This document shows positions 19,128-27,430 of a DNA stretch of 64,000 nt, one piece after another; the stretch's first letter is position 1; every line of letters starts with the position of its first letter. The notes beneath the pieces are model-generated. The model saw nothing but the letters and a program-made list of their open reading frames with translations. It was not told where the DNA came from and searched no databases. Source of the DNA: a virus. Its lineage: Duplodnaviria; Caudoviricetes. A program made the translations under genes and the position numbers. The DNA lies in IMG/VR virus record IMGVR_UViG_3300032007_000067, positions 1 through 64,000 of that record; one strand, given 5' to 3'.

Positions 19128-19194
19128 ACCACACCTTGTCAAACTACCGTTGATGCCGTTGATATCACTTGACACCACCCTGTAAAACCCTAAT

Positions 19195-19232
19195 AAAAAA
19201 GGCAACGTTACTTCCCTGTAAACATTGCCTTT
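19195..19232 (-). terminator. Intrinsic terminator after the SSB gene
   Basis: 12-bp stem with one G-U pair on the minus strand, followed by a T tract. Confidence 0.7.
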
Positions 19233-19259
19233 CTCTCCCACGCTATAAATTATAGCACA

Positions 19260-20066
19260 TCAGAACGGCAGATCATCTTCTGCAACCATATCCGGTTCTT
19301 CCTGAACGGGAGCGGGAGCCGGTTTCGGAGCTGGTCTTGCGACCGGTTTCGGTGCAGGCTTGGGAGCCGGTCTCGGCGTAGTCTTTACCGCCGGTTTGGA
19401 CGCTTTTTGTTCCATAGCTTTAAGCGCATCCGTAGATTCCTGTTCCTTTGCAATTCGCTGTTTGAGGTAAGCGTATGCCTTGCCGATATCCTTTGCCGGA
19501 ACCTGAGCCGGATCTGCGCCTTTCTTTTCGATTAACCACTTTTCCCTTGCGGAACGCTTCTCAGTGTCAAAGAGATTAAACACAGTATAGTTCGCATATA
19601 CCTTGCCGTTCGGAGCCTCGTAATCCCCCGCTTTTCTCAGCACCGTGGCAATAAGCTGAAATTCGTTTGCACACAGACCTTCGTATTTATACATGGGATT
19701 ACCCTGACCGTCCAGCACGTCCTCGCCATCCTTGTTCGTGATTTTGGTTTCCACAAGTCCGGAGCCGTTACCGGTCAGGAAACAAAGTTCCTTTGTCTTG
19801 CTGAAATACTTATCACTGGGTTCAACGGAATAACTACTGCTGAATTTTCCAATCGGTTCATTCCCGTCATTGTCCAAAGCAACAAAGGTGCAGGAAATTG
19901 CATCGCCATTACTTCTATGCACAAGAATTGCGCTTGCGATAAAGCACTTATAAAGTCCGGATTCAACCCATTCAAGATCATCAGTCTTGGTAAAACCGCC
20001 GCCAACGCCCTTTTCAAGGGATTCTTCAAATTCACTGTCATTGTCAAGATCAAGTTCGAGATTCAT
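19260..20066 (-). CDS. Putative single-stranded DNA-binding protein
   Basis: Pro/Lys/Ala linker, acidic C-terminal tail EDDLPF (cf. bacterial SSB DDDIPF); next to RecT and the exonuclease. Confidence 0.6.
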   Translation of the reverse strand: MNLELDLDNDSEFEESLEKGVGGGFTKTDDLEWVESGLYKCFIASAILVHRSNGDAISCTFVALDNDGNEPIGKFSSSYSVEPSDKYFSKTKELCFLTGNGSGLVETKITNKDGEDVLDGQGNPMYKYEGLCANEFQLIATVLRKAGDYEAPNGKVYANYTVFNLFDTEKRSAREKWLIEKKGADPAQVPAKDIGKAYAYLKQRIAKEQESTDALKAMEQKASKPAVKTTPRPAPKPAPKPVARPAPKPAPAPVQEEPDMVAEDDLPF

Positions 20067-20121
20067 AAAAATTCCTTTGTAAAACCTTTAAATCAAGTTC
20101 GTTAATTATATAGCAATCCGG

Positions 20122-21042
20122 TTATTCTGTTACCGTTTCGCTTACCGTTTCAATAACTCCTGTTTCCGTTTCTGTATTTTCCTCCTTGTTTTCAGTTTCG
20201 AGTTCTTTCAGTTCAGCCTTCCGGTCTGCAAACATTTTTACCACAGCCTGAGCATTTTCCGGTTCAATCCGGTTTTTGATCTGAATGTAGTATTTTCCGA
20301 GATCCTTTTCCGACTGAATCCCTTTTAATCCTCCGCAAATATCCTCCACACTCATGGCAGTTTCAATCTTCTGAGGAATTTCCGGTCTTTTGACTTCTTC
20401 GGCAGTTACCGTTTTTCTCACTTTTGCCACAGCCACCACATCAGAATAACTTCCGGTAGCAGTTGTAGGCATGTCATACGCTTCTTCAGTGGTGATAAGA
20501 CCGTGTAAAAGATCGGGGAATACATCACGATAGGCAAATCCCCTTGCCCGCATCTGAGCCATGCGTTTCGGGTATTGTTTCCATACCCCTTTACCCCACA
20601 ATCCGGCTACTTTAGCATCATCAAAGCTGAATGTACGGGTTTCCTCCCCGGCAACGTCTTTACGCTCAACTGTGCAAACCGCCGTCATGGTTTCCTCGTC
20701 AAAATATTCAACCTTTTTCTTCAAAAATCCCGAACTGTAAATTATCGCATTGATCGCATCACCGTAAATGCTCATGTGGCCATTTACATTCATGCAATGA
20801 GTCAGAGCCATTTCCGGAGAAAGTCCTAAAGCCTTGCCGTAAGAGATCACCGCCATCGCCTTGTTAAGACTCTCCTCGCTGATCTGCGTACATTCCTTGT
20901 CCTTTTCATTGACTTTTATGTCAAGATAAGACTTCGGTAAAACTCCGTTCTCAAACATGAATTTCAGTTTTTCCCGGAAATCCTTAACTTCGTCAACACT
21001 CTGATCCACAAAAGTGGGCTGTGCAAGTTCGTTTTGTTTCAT
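20122..21042 (-). CDS. RecT/Redbeta-like ssDNA-annealing recombinase
   Basis: LGLSP.MAL, F...DAK.AGLWGK..WKQYPKRM...RA..FA.RD.FPD.L.G. Confidence 0.85.
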   Translation of the reverse strand: MKQNELAQPTFVDQSVDEVKDFREKLKFMFENGVLPKSYLDIKVNEKDKECTQISEESLNKAMAVISYGKALGLSPEMALTHCMNVNGHMSIYGDAINAIIYSSGFLKKKVEYFDEETMTAVCTVERKDVAGEETRTFSFDDAKVAGLWGKGVWKQYPKRMAQMRARGFAYRDVFPDLLHGLITTEEAYDMPTTATGSYSDVVAVAKVRKTVTAEEVKRPEIPQKIETAMSVEDICGGLKGIQSEKDLGKYYIQIKNRIEPENAQAVVKMFADRKAELKELETENKEENTETETGVIETVSETVTE

Positions 21043-21057
21043 GATTATTTATCCTTG

Positions 21058-21816
21058 TTAATCAACAACTACATCGCCGTTACTGCTTACGTCAGGAATA
21101 ACCTCCCCGCCGTCCTTAATATAATTCTTATACACCAGTTTTTTCAGGTTCATGATTTTGCGCTGCATGACCGTGGAATTAAGACATGCCATTGCGTCAA
21201 AAAACAGTTCCCGATCCGTTGCATCAGGATAGATATCCTTTAACTCTTTCAGACAGTTAATAATTTGTCTCGGAACATACTTACTCCGAAAACTGAACAC
21301 CGCCCGAAACAGGTTAATCGCCCTTATATCAAGAAAAGTATTCGCTTTCAGCTTTTGCGCTATGACAAACAACTGTTTCCGAGGCGTATCTTTTTGCAAT
21401 TCTTCTTCTATTGCCGATACTGCGTCTGTTGTACTGACATCAATACCAAATTTATTTGCAAGAATTTCACAGAACTCCATGTTTTTCAGCAAAATATTTT
21501 GCCTTCCCGCAAAACAATACAGCCGGTTGTTCGCCACTGTCTGACATTGATCCGTATAAACTTCCACGGGAATACGCTTAAACACACCCTTTTCGTTCAT
21601 AAGTTCGGGATGCTGTGCCAGAGTCCGGAGAACGTTTAACTGTACACAGATCCGATAAGGAAGCGCACCGTTCACCGAAATAAAATACCTGCCTTTATCG
21701 TCCTGTTCGTTCTCATAAATGAGAGCCACGTTGATCGGGATATATTCATCGTCCTTTGCAACTTTCATTGCAAGAACAACGGCGTTTTCATAGGTGATCA
21801 TATACTCACCTCCCAC
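21058..21816 (-). CDS. Hypothetical protein
   Basis: 252-aa ORF in the replication operon; probable start MITYE near 21801. Confidence 0.7.
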   Translation of the reverse strand: MGGEYMITYENAVVLAMKVAKDDEYIPINVALIYENEQDDKGRYFISVNGALPYRICVQLNVLRTLAQHPELMNEKGVFKRIPVEVYTDQCQTVANNRLYCFAGRQNILLKNMEFCEILANKFGIDVSTTDAVSAIEEELQKDTPRKQLFVIAQKLKANTFLDIRAINLFRAVFSFRSKYVPRQIINCLKELKDIYPDATDRELFFDAMACLNSTVMQRKIMNLKKLVYKNYIKDGGEVIPDVSSNGDVVVD

Positions 21817-22259
21817 GATTCGTTAATTTCAGGCACGTTAGCCACCGGATTTTTTTCAAGGCGTTTGTCAATTTTCATGTCGAACAGCACCGGATCTTTG
21901 TTACATTTTGACCAGTAAATATACAGGGTATTCTTCTGTAACCCGGTCATGTTACTGAGTTCGGTTGCGGTATATTCTCTGCCATGATAACGCAAATGAC
22001 TGTAAGATTTCACCTTACTTCTGCTGACATGTGAGGGAGTGTATATCACATTGTTACGAACCCATGTTCTGATATAATCAGGATCTACAAGTTCCACAAA
22101 GTCTCTTGACTGTTCGGGGGTACAGCCCTGATCGCCTTTTGCATTTAACTGCTTGCATACCACGAGATATATGTCTGCAAAGTCTAGTCCTTGCTGACCG
22201 GCGGTTTTTGCCAGTTCCGGAGTTAATGCCCATGCGTATGCTCTTGGATCTGTTTTCAT
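21798..22259 (-). CDS. Hypothetical protein with a C-terminal HTH-like unit
   Basis: AAGGA RBS before MKTDP; YHGREYTATELSNMTGL.K.TLY resembles the repeats at 28-30.5 kb. Confidence 0.65.
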   Translation of the reverse strand: MKTDPRAYAWALTPELAKTAGQQGLDFADIYLVVCKQLNAKGDQGCTPEQSRDFVELVDPDYIRTWVRNNVIYTPSHVSRSKVKSYSHLRYHGREYTATELSNMTGLQKNTLYIYWSKCNKDPVLFDMKIDKRLEKNPVANVPEINESWEVSI

Positions 22260-22406
22260 TACAATTCCTTTAAAAGTTATACGATTTAAAACACTATTAT
22301 TTTCAAATTTTCTTTTACTGCTTTTCAAAATTTGTATAAAAGTGTTTGTTCACGTTTCTATAATACTACCTGTTAATCACCTTGTATAGCAAAAAATCGC
22401 TTTTCT

Positions 22407-22940
22407 TCAAAAACTGCGATCATTCTCAAATTTTGCCCGATACTCGCATACGGTTCTGATCACCTCGTCAATTTTCAAAGTCTGATAATATCTGGCTTCC
22501 TTCTCAGCATACGGCTTTATCAGTTCAAACTTTTCAGGGTTTGCCCGATATTCAAGCAGTTTGTTCATGTTGAAATACTGTACCGCTTTTCCCGGTTCCC
22601 TGATACCGACAGAATGATCCCAGCCCCTCATTTCCCGAAGTTTGATCCAGTCATTCCGTACCACACATTCGCAATACGCAATATTTGACAGAATCACAGG
22701 ACGAACCTTTTTCAGCTTTTCCGCAAGTCCGACCACCTGATTATAAGACCAGTCCTGAACACCATTTGCGATAAAGGTAATAGAAGAACTGGTGATCCAC
22801 CCTTTGAAGAAATCCTTTTTCTTCTGCTCGGAAAGAGCCGCAATCTTGTTTAAAGTCTCCCGTGAAAACAGGAAAAGATCATCGTTTTCGTTTTGCATGA
22901 CATACCTCTCAAAAACACTAATAATCAGCAATCCTATCAT
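22407..22940 (-). CDS. Hypothetical protein
   Basis: 177-aa ORF; probable start MQNEN at 22898. Confidence 0.65.
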   Translation of the reverse strand: MIGLLIISVFERYVMQNENDDLFLFSRETLNKIAALSEQKKKDFFKGWITSSSITFIANGVQDWSYNQVVGLAEKLKKVRPVILSNIAYCECVVRNDWIKLREMRGWDHSVGIREPGKAVQYFNMNKLLEYRANPEKFELIKPYAEKEARYYQTLKIDEVIRTVCEYRAKFENDRSF

Positions 22941-23093
22941 AACGGAAAACGCACGTCATTATTTAGCGTTGTATCACAAAACAAAAATTTTTCCGTCTTT
23001 CCTGTCTGTTTTCGGTACACTTTGTTTGTTGTTGTCTCATGCGGGTGATAGGATCTGCAATTACCCCTTTTCGGGGAAAGCAGTTTTTAAAAG

Positions 23094-24233
23094 GTGAATA
23101 AAATGAAAGTAATAAAAAGGGACGGTTCCTCCGAAAACTGGAACCCTGATAAGATCAGACAGGCGGTGTCAAAAGCCGTTGTCAATCACGAGAACACGGA
23201 AAAAGCAGTTGCCATCGCTATCGACCGTATTCAATCCTCTTTTTGCACTATTGATGTAGAGACAATTCAGGATATTGTCGAGCAGGAATTAGGGTATAAC
23301 GGCAATGTAAACACGCTCCGTAATTACGCTCATTATCGGGCTGAACGGGCGAACGTCAGAAGTGTAAATGCAATTCTGAATGATATTTACAAAAAGCAGG
23401 ATTCCACTATTCTGAATGAGAACGCAAATATTGACGGCGAGACAAACTGTGCAAAGCGTGATTTTATCGCCAGCGAGATCTGTAAACAGTGGGCTTTAAC
23501 ACACTTTCTTCCGAAGGACATTGCCAACGCTCATATCCGGGGTGATATTTACATTCACGATCTCGGCTTTTCTCCCGCCGGTGGCTATATCAACTGCTGT
23601 CTTGTTAATATTAAAGATATGCTCGAAAATGGCTTTACAATGGGAACTGCACATATCACAGAACCTAAATCCATTCGGGTTGCCACCAACGTTGTCGCTC
23701 AGATTATTACCGCTGTTTCTTCTCAGAATTATGGCGGTACGAGCGTTGATCGTATTGATGAAGTTCTTGCTCCTTACGTTGAAAAAAGCTATGAAAAGTA
23801 TTGCAATGAAGTTCAGGAAGAATACGGGGATATTTGCGATGCTGATGTTAAGAAAATTGCCATGAAACGCACTGAAAAAGAATGTGAGGATGCGTTTCAG
23901 CAATTAGAATATTCCATCAACTGCTCCCACAACTCTCACGCCCAAGTCCCGTTTGTAACATTAGGATTCGGACTGGGCGAAAGCAAGTGGGCGAAAATGA
24001 TTCAGAAATGGATTCTGAACACCCGTATCAAAGGTTTGGGAAAAGAACGGAAAACCGCAATATTCCCGAAACTTGTATTTGCTCTGAAACGGGGATTAAA
24101 CCTGACGCCGACAGATCCGAACTATGACATCAAACAGCTTGCATTAAAATGTTCAGCACGGAGAATGTATCCGGACATTGTAAGTTATGATAAGGTAACG
24201 GAGGTGACCGGCGGTTTTAAATTTCCGATGGGT
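23094..24233 (+). CDS. nrdD: Anaerobic (class III) ribonucleotide reductase, exon 1
   Basis: ATP cone VIKRDG, ENAN.D, GDIYIHDL, NCCLVN, QNYGG.S.D, IFPKL.F, RMYPD; ends ..FPMG. Confidence 0.93.
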
Positions 24234-24496
24234 GAACTTTAAAGACTGCCCATGTAAAACCTGTCTAAACAGGGGATCTCTTTTGAAATAAAGACAATCC
24301 TGTGCTAAATGACGAAAGTCTAAAAGCTAAACGACTAACCCTGATGAATGTAAGGGTGTAAGGTACAAGCAAATGGTATCTGAAATGATAGGCACTTATC
24401 ATAAGATAAGCGAAGATATAGTCTGATCTGTATGGTGACATACAGCAGTTCATAAGAGAACGGGCGTGAACTTGCGATCCATGCCGAACACAAATG
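24234..24496 (+). mobile_element. Group I self-splicing intron (263 nt, no ORF) in nrdD
   Basis: Exon ends in U, intron ends in G; removal gives ATG GGT TGC AGA AGT TTC (MGCRSF). P1 AUGGGU/GCCCAU has the U-G splice pair; core elements AATCCTGTGCTAAA, ACGACTAA and GAAGATATAGTCTGA are present. Confidence 0.92.
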
Positions 24497-25480
24497 TGCA
24501 GAAGTTTCTTATCTGAATGGACTAACGAAAAGGGAGAAAAACAGTATTCAGGACGTTGGAATTTAGGTGTGACAAGTGTTAATTTGCCCCGAATTGCCCT
24601 GAGACTCACCTCGGACAAAACAGAAGAAAGAATTGCCGAATACTTTCTTGAACTTGACAAGGTGAGTGAACTTGCTCACAAGGCTTTACAAATGCGGATT
24701 AAAAGGCTTTCCACTGTACGGGCAAAACAGGCTCCTATCTGCTGGCAGTATGGGGCATTGACCAGACTGAAACCGGATGATTATATTCTGCCGTCATGTC
24801 AGAACGGACGGGCAAGTATTTCCCTCGGCTATGTAGGCGTGAATGAAGCTGTGCATCAGATTTTTCTTTCCGATGATACGTTGCTTGAAAATGCCGAAAT
24901 GAGAAAGGTAGCCGAGGATATTGTGAAATTCCTTTCAGATAAATGCAAGGAATGGAAGGCGGTTGAACATTACGGGTATTCCCTGTATTCCACACCCGCT
25001 GAAAGTCTTGCTCATGTGTTTGAGAACAAGGACAGAAAAGAGTTCGGGGTTGTGAAGAATGTTACCGACAAGGAATATTACACAAACTCATTTCACCTTG
25101 ACGTGCGGGTGAAAACCGATCCTTTTACAAAGATCGATTTTGAGTCTCCGTATCCTAAATGGGCATCCGGCGGGCATATTACTTATGTAGAGACCCGCAA
25201 TTTAGAGGACAATCTGCCGGCACTGGAAGAACTGTGGGACTATGCTTATGACAAGGTTCCGTATTTTGCTATAAATGCTCCGATTGACTCATGCACCTGT
25301 GGTTTTCACGGTGAGAGTGTGTTTAAGGACGGCAATTTCACCTGTCCGAAGTGCGGTACATCCGATCCGGAAGAACTGCATTGCACACGCCGTATCTGCG
25401 GTTATCTTGGAGAAATAAACAGTCGGGGTGTGAATATCGGCAAGATTGACGAATTTCAGAAGCGGGTAAAGCATTGTTAA
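24497..25480 (+). CDS. nrdD: Anaerobic ribonucleotide reductase, exon 2
   Basis: CRSFL, GRWNLGV.SVNLPR, YSTPAESL, YYTNSFH, SGGHITY, CPKCG, RRICGYLG glycyl-radical loop; spliced product 707 aa. Confidence 0.93.
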   Translation, partial: CRSFLSEWTNEKGEKQYSGRWNLGVTSVNLPRIALRLTSDKTEERIAEYFLELDKVSELAHKALQMRIKRLSTVRAKQAPICWQYGALTRLKPDDYILPSCQNGRASISLGYVGVNEAVHQIFLSDDTLLENAEMRKVAEDIVKFLSDKCKEWKAVEHYGYSLYSTPAESLAHVFENKDRKEFGVVKNVTDKEYYTNSFHLDVRVKTDPFTKIDFESPYPKWASGGHITYVETRNLEDNLPALEELWDYAYDKVPYFAINAPIDSCTCGFHGESVFKDGNFTCPKCGTSDPEELHCTRRICGYLGEINSRGVNIGKIDEFQKRVKHC

Positions 25481-25517
25481 ACTTTGTTTAATTTTGCTGA
25501 ACATCATCAAATTGTTA

Positions 25518-25546
25518 TTGACATTCTGAAACAATCGTTTTATCAT
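25518..25546 (+). promoter_or_regulatory. Sigma70 promoter
   Basis: TTGACA-17 nt-TATCAT. Confidence 0.7.
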
Positions 25547-25571
25547 ATTTTTCGCATGAGAATCGAGAGTT

Positions 25572-25597
25572 CCCCGTCAGAAATGGCGGGGTTTTTT
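25572..25597 (+). terminator. Intrinsic terminator
   Basis: CCCCGTCA/TGGCGGGG stem plus 6 T. Confidence 0.75.
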
Positions 25598-25615
25598 ATA
25601 CTTACCGGAACGAAT

Positions 25616-26146
25616 ATGGCAGAAAAACAGATAAAATCACGCAAAAGAGTTCAGGAACATGCAGAAGTGTTTACAGCCGAGCGAGAAGTCAATGCGATGC
25701 TGGATCTCGTAAATAACGAATTGTTACGTCCTGAATCCACTTTTCTTGAACCGGCTTGCGGAGAAGGAAATTTCACGGTAAAGATCCTTGAACGCAAACT
25801 GACCGCAATTATAAAAACCAATCCTGAGAATTACCGTTATTTTGCTCTTATTGCCTTATCCGGAATATACGCCATTGAACTCTTGCCAGACAACGTAAAG
25901 ATTGCAAGACGGCGTATGCTGGAGACGTTTGTCGCTTTTTCCGTGATTGCAGATCCTGACACTCCGGACAGTTATTTCAAAACAGCCGAACATATCATAG
26001 AAAAGAATTTTGTAAACGGTAACACGCTTACAGGTTTACAACCGGACGGAACGCCGATAAAGTTTACAGAATGGACGATTGACGGGACAAAGATTTACGG
26101 AAGGGATTATGAGTACAATGCTTTAGTGAACGGAACTTTGTTTTGA
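25616..26146 (+). CDS. Stand-alone N-terminal part of an N6-adenine (type IIG-like) methyltransferase
   Basis: EVFT..REV..MLD, FLEPACGEGNF (motif I), IYAIEL; no NPPY/DPPY motif seen. Confidence 0.7.
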   Translation: MAEKQIKSRKRVQEHAEVFTAEREVNAMLDLVNNELLRPESTFLEPACGEGNFTVKILERKLTAIIKTNPENYRYFALIALSGIYAIELLPDNVKIARRRMLETFVAFSVIADPDTPDSYFKTAEHIIEKNFVNGNTLTGLQPDGTPIKFTEWTIDGTKIYGRDYEYNALVNGTLF

Positions 26147-26157
26147 TTTTTTTTCAA

Positions 26158-26382
26158 TCACCAAAAGTAATAACCCTGATCAAGGGGTTTTGCTTTTAGC
26201 CAAATATTCAGTTCTTTCATGTCGTATTTCAGTTTTTCATTCATTCTGCGAAGCTGAATAAGTCTGTTATTCAGGCAAGCCTGACAACCTTTATGGTTAC
26301 GACAATACACGTCAAAGACTTTAGATCCCCTATAAGGTTTCCTATGCTCTTTTCCATGTTCTATTGCTTTATCCAACGACAT
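26158..26382 (-). CDS. Small conserved hypothetical protein, probably Zn-binding
   Basis: MSLDKAIEHGKEHRKPY...CRNH..C..C..NR. Confidence 0.75.
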   Translation of the reverse strand: MSLDKAIEHGKEHRKPYRGSKVFDVYCRNHKGCQACLNNRLIQLRRMNEKLKYDMKELNIWLKAKPLDQGYYFW

Positions 26383-26401
26383 AAAAATTCCTCAGATAGA
26401 T

Positions 26402-26468
26402 CCCGAAATATCGGACTCGAACCGATAACAATATCCTAGGTTTATTTTGCCTGTTAAACTAATTCCGG
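26402..26468 (-). pseudogene. Degenerate tRNA-like element
   Basis: Acceptor CCGGAAT/ATTTCGG, D-loop GTTTAACAGGCAAAA, perfect T arm ATCGG-TTCGAGT-CCGAT; weak anticodon arm; no CCA. Confidence 0.5.
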
Positions 26469-26509
26469 CGATCCATCTTAAATGACTCTTTCTCAAAAGC
26501 TATTTAAGA

Positions 26510-26594
26510 TGGTGGAGAGGGAAGGACTCGAACCTTCAAACCGCAAAGGGGGCAGATTTACAGTCTGCTGTCATTACCATTAGACAACCTCTCC
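26510..26594 (-). tRNA. tRNA-Tyr (GTA)
   Basis: GGAGAGG acceptor, anticodon loop CTGTAAA, long variable region, GGTTCGAGTCC, encoded CCA. Confidence 0.92.
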
Positions 26595-26598
26595 AAAA

Positions 26599-26671
26599 TG
26601 GCGGGGAATCGGGAATCGAACCCGTATTCTGACTGATCATTTCAGAACTCTCACCAGAGACTTTTAACCCC
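26599..26671 (-). ncRNA. tRNA-like RNA with 9-nt loop centred on GAT (Ile-like) and only 4-bp acceptor
   Basis: GGGG/CCCC-G-CCA, CGGG-TTCGATT-CCCG T arm, TTCTGA/TCAGAA stem around AATGATCAG. Confidence 0.55.
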
Positions 26672-26677
26672 ATAAAC

Positions 26678-26752
26678 TGGTACACCCGACCGGATTCGAA
26701 CCGGTATTACCACCGTGAAAGGGTGATGACCTGACCATTAGTCGACAGGTGC
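26678..26752 (-). tRNA. tRNA-Glu (TTC)
   Basis: GCACCTG/CGGGTGT acceptor, loop CTTTCAC, GGTTCGAATCC, CCA. Confidence 0.93.
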
Positions 26753-26753
26753 A

Positions 26754-26827
26754 TGGTTGCGGGGCAAGGAGTCGAACCTTGAACTGAAGCTTATGAGACT
26801 TCAATGATACCCTTTCAATACCCCGCG
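26754..26827 (-). tRNA. tRNA-Met (CAT) with C1:A72 mismatch (initiator-like)
   Basis: CGCGGGG/CCCCGCA acceptor, loop CTCATAA, GGTTCGACTCC, CCA; lacks the three consecutive G-C pairs in the anticodon stem. Confidence 0.88.
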
Positions 26828-26832
26828 ATTAT

Positions 26833-26909
26833 TGGAGGCTCCCGGCGGATTCTGCCACCGCAGCTCGAGGCACTACAGCCTCGTATCCTTACTTTTGGAC
26901 GACAGGAGC
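26833..26909 (-). ncRNA. tRNA-like RNA with 8-nt anticodon loop (CTGTAGTG) and non-canonical T loop
   Basis: 7-bp acceptor GCTCCTG/CGGGAGC, GTCC/GGAT D stem, CGAGG/CCTCG stem, T loop GGCAGAA, ends CT-CCA. Confidence 0.6.
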
Positions 26910-26927
26910 AAAAATGTTCAGAGGAAA

Positions 26928-27014
26928 TGGCTACCCCGATAGAATCGAACTATCAAACATTGAAGGAAAGCTGACGAACAGTTGTTACCGATCATGTTGC
27001 AAACCTGCGGGGTC
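26928..27014 (-). ncRNA. RNA with tRNA-like acceptor and T arm but non-cloverleaf core
   Basis: ACCCC/GGGGT acceptor, GATAG-TTCGATT-CTATC, G-CCA end. Confidence 0.5.
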
Positions 27015-27274
27015 TTAAAATGCGGAATCTGAAATCAGTTAAGTTATCAAACCGTTTTTGAGATAACGGCAAGGATAACCCGTTTTGAGATACGACTTCA
27101 TTCAAACTCCGCTGGACAGCAAAAAACTGAAACCAAATTAAGCGTCCGACAAGCGGAATCATTGTTACAGCCCGTTAAAAATCTGTCCGATCGGATTGTT
27201 TTTGCTAGGACAAACACCGATCTTTTATCACGGTTTTTCTGTTTCGATACCTAGTGGAAACACGGATTATCTCA

Positions 27275-27303
27275 ACTTTATCACACTCAGAAACCCGTGT
27301 CAA
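27275..27303 (-). promoter_or_regulatory. Sigma70 promoter of the tRNA cluster
   Basis: TTGACA-17 nt-TAAAGT with an extended TG. Confidence 0.75.
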
Positions 27304-27322
27304 CAAAACAATGTTTGTTTTT

Positions 27323-27338
27323 TGTGATACACCTCTCA
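27323..27338 (-). promoter_or_regulatory. CRP-type box upstream of the tRNA promoter
   Basis: TGTGA-TACACC-TCTCA (9/10); 42 nt upstream of the -10. Confidence 0.6.
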
Positions 27339-27430
27339 TTTTACAGCCTTACCTACTCAAATTCAATCCGGTTTAATGCGGTTTCAAACGCTCCGATTCC
27401 GGAGAACAAACTCAGTAACTTTATCATAAA

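Noticed and set aside
22963-22978. CRP, FNR or NrdR box upstream of nrdD
   Set aside because: Only one half-site (TCACA) matches; no TTGAT-N4-ATCAA or convincing NrdR box.
24242-24494. nrdD as a pseudogene or two separate genes
   Set aside because: Precise intron removal restores MGCRSFL, and group I core elements are present.
24265-24660. Minus-strand 131-aa ORF as an intron-encoded endonuclease
   Set aside because: It is antisense to the intron and exon 2 and has no HNH, GIY-YIG or LAGLIDADG motif.
26402-26468. Amber stop-codon recoding of the genome
   Set aside because: Very long genes are open in the standard code, TAG ends the exonuclease at a sensible point, and the CUA-centred element is degenerate.
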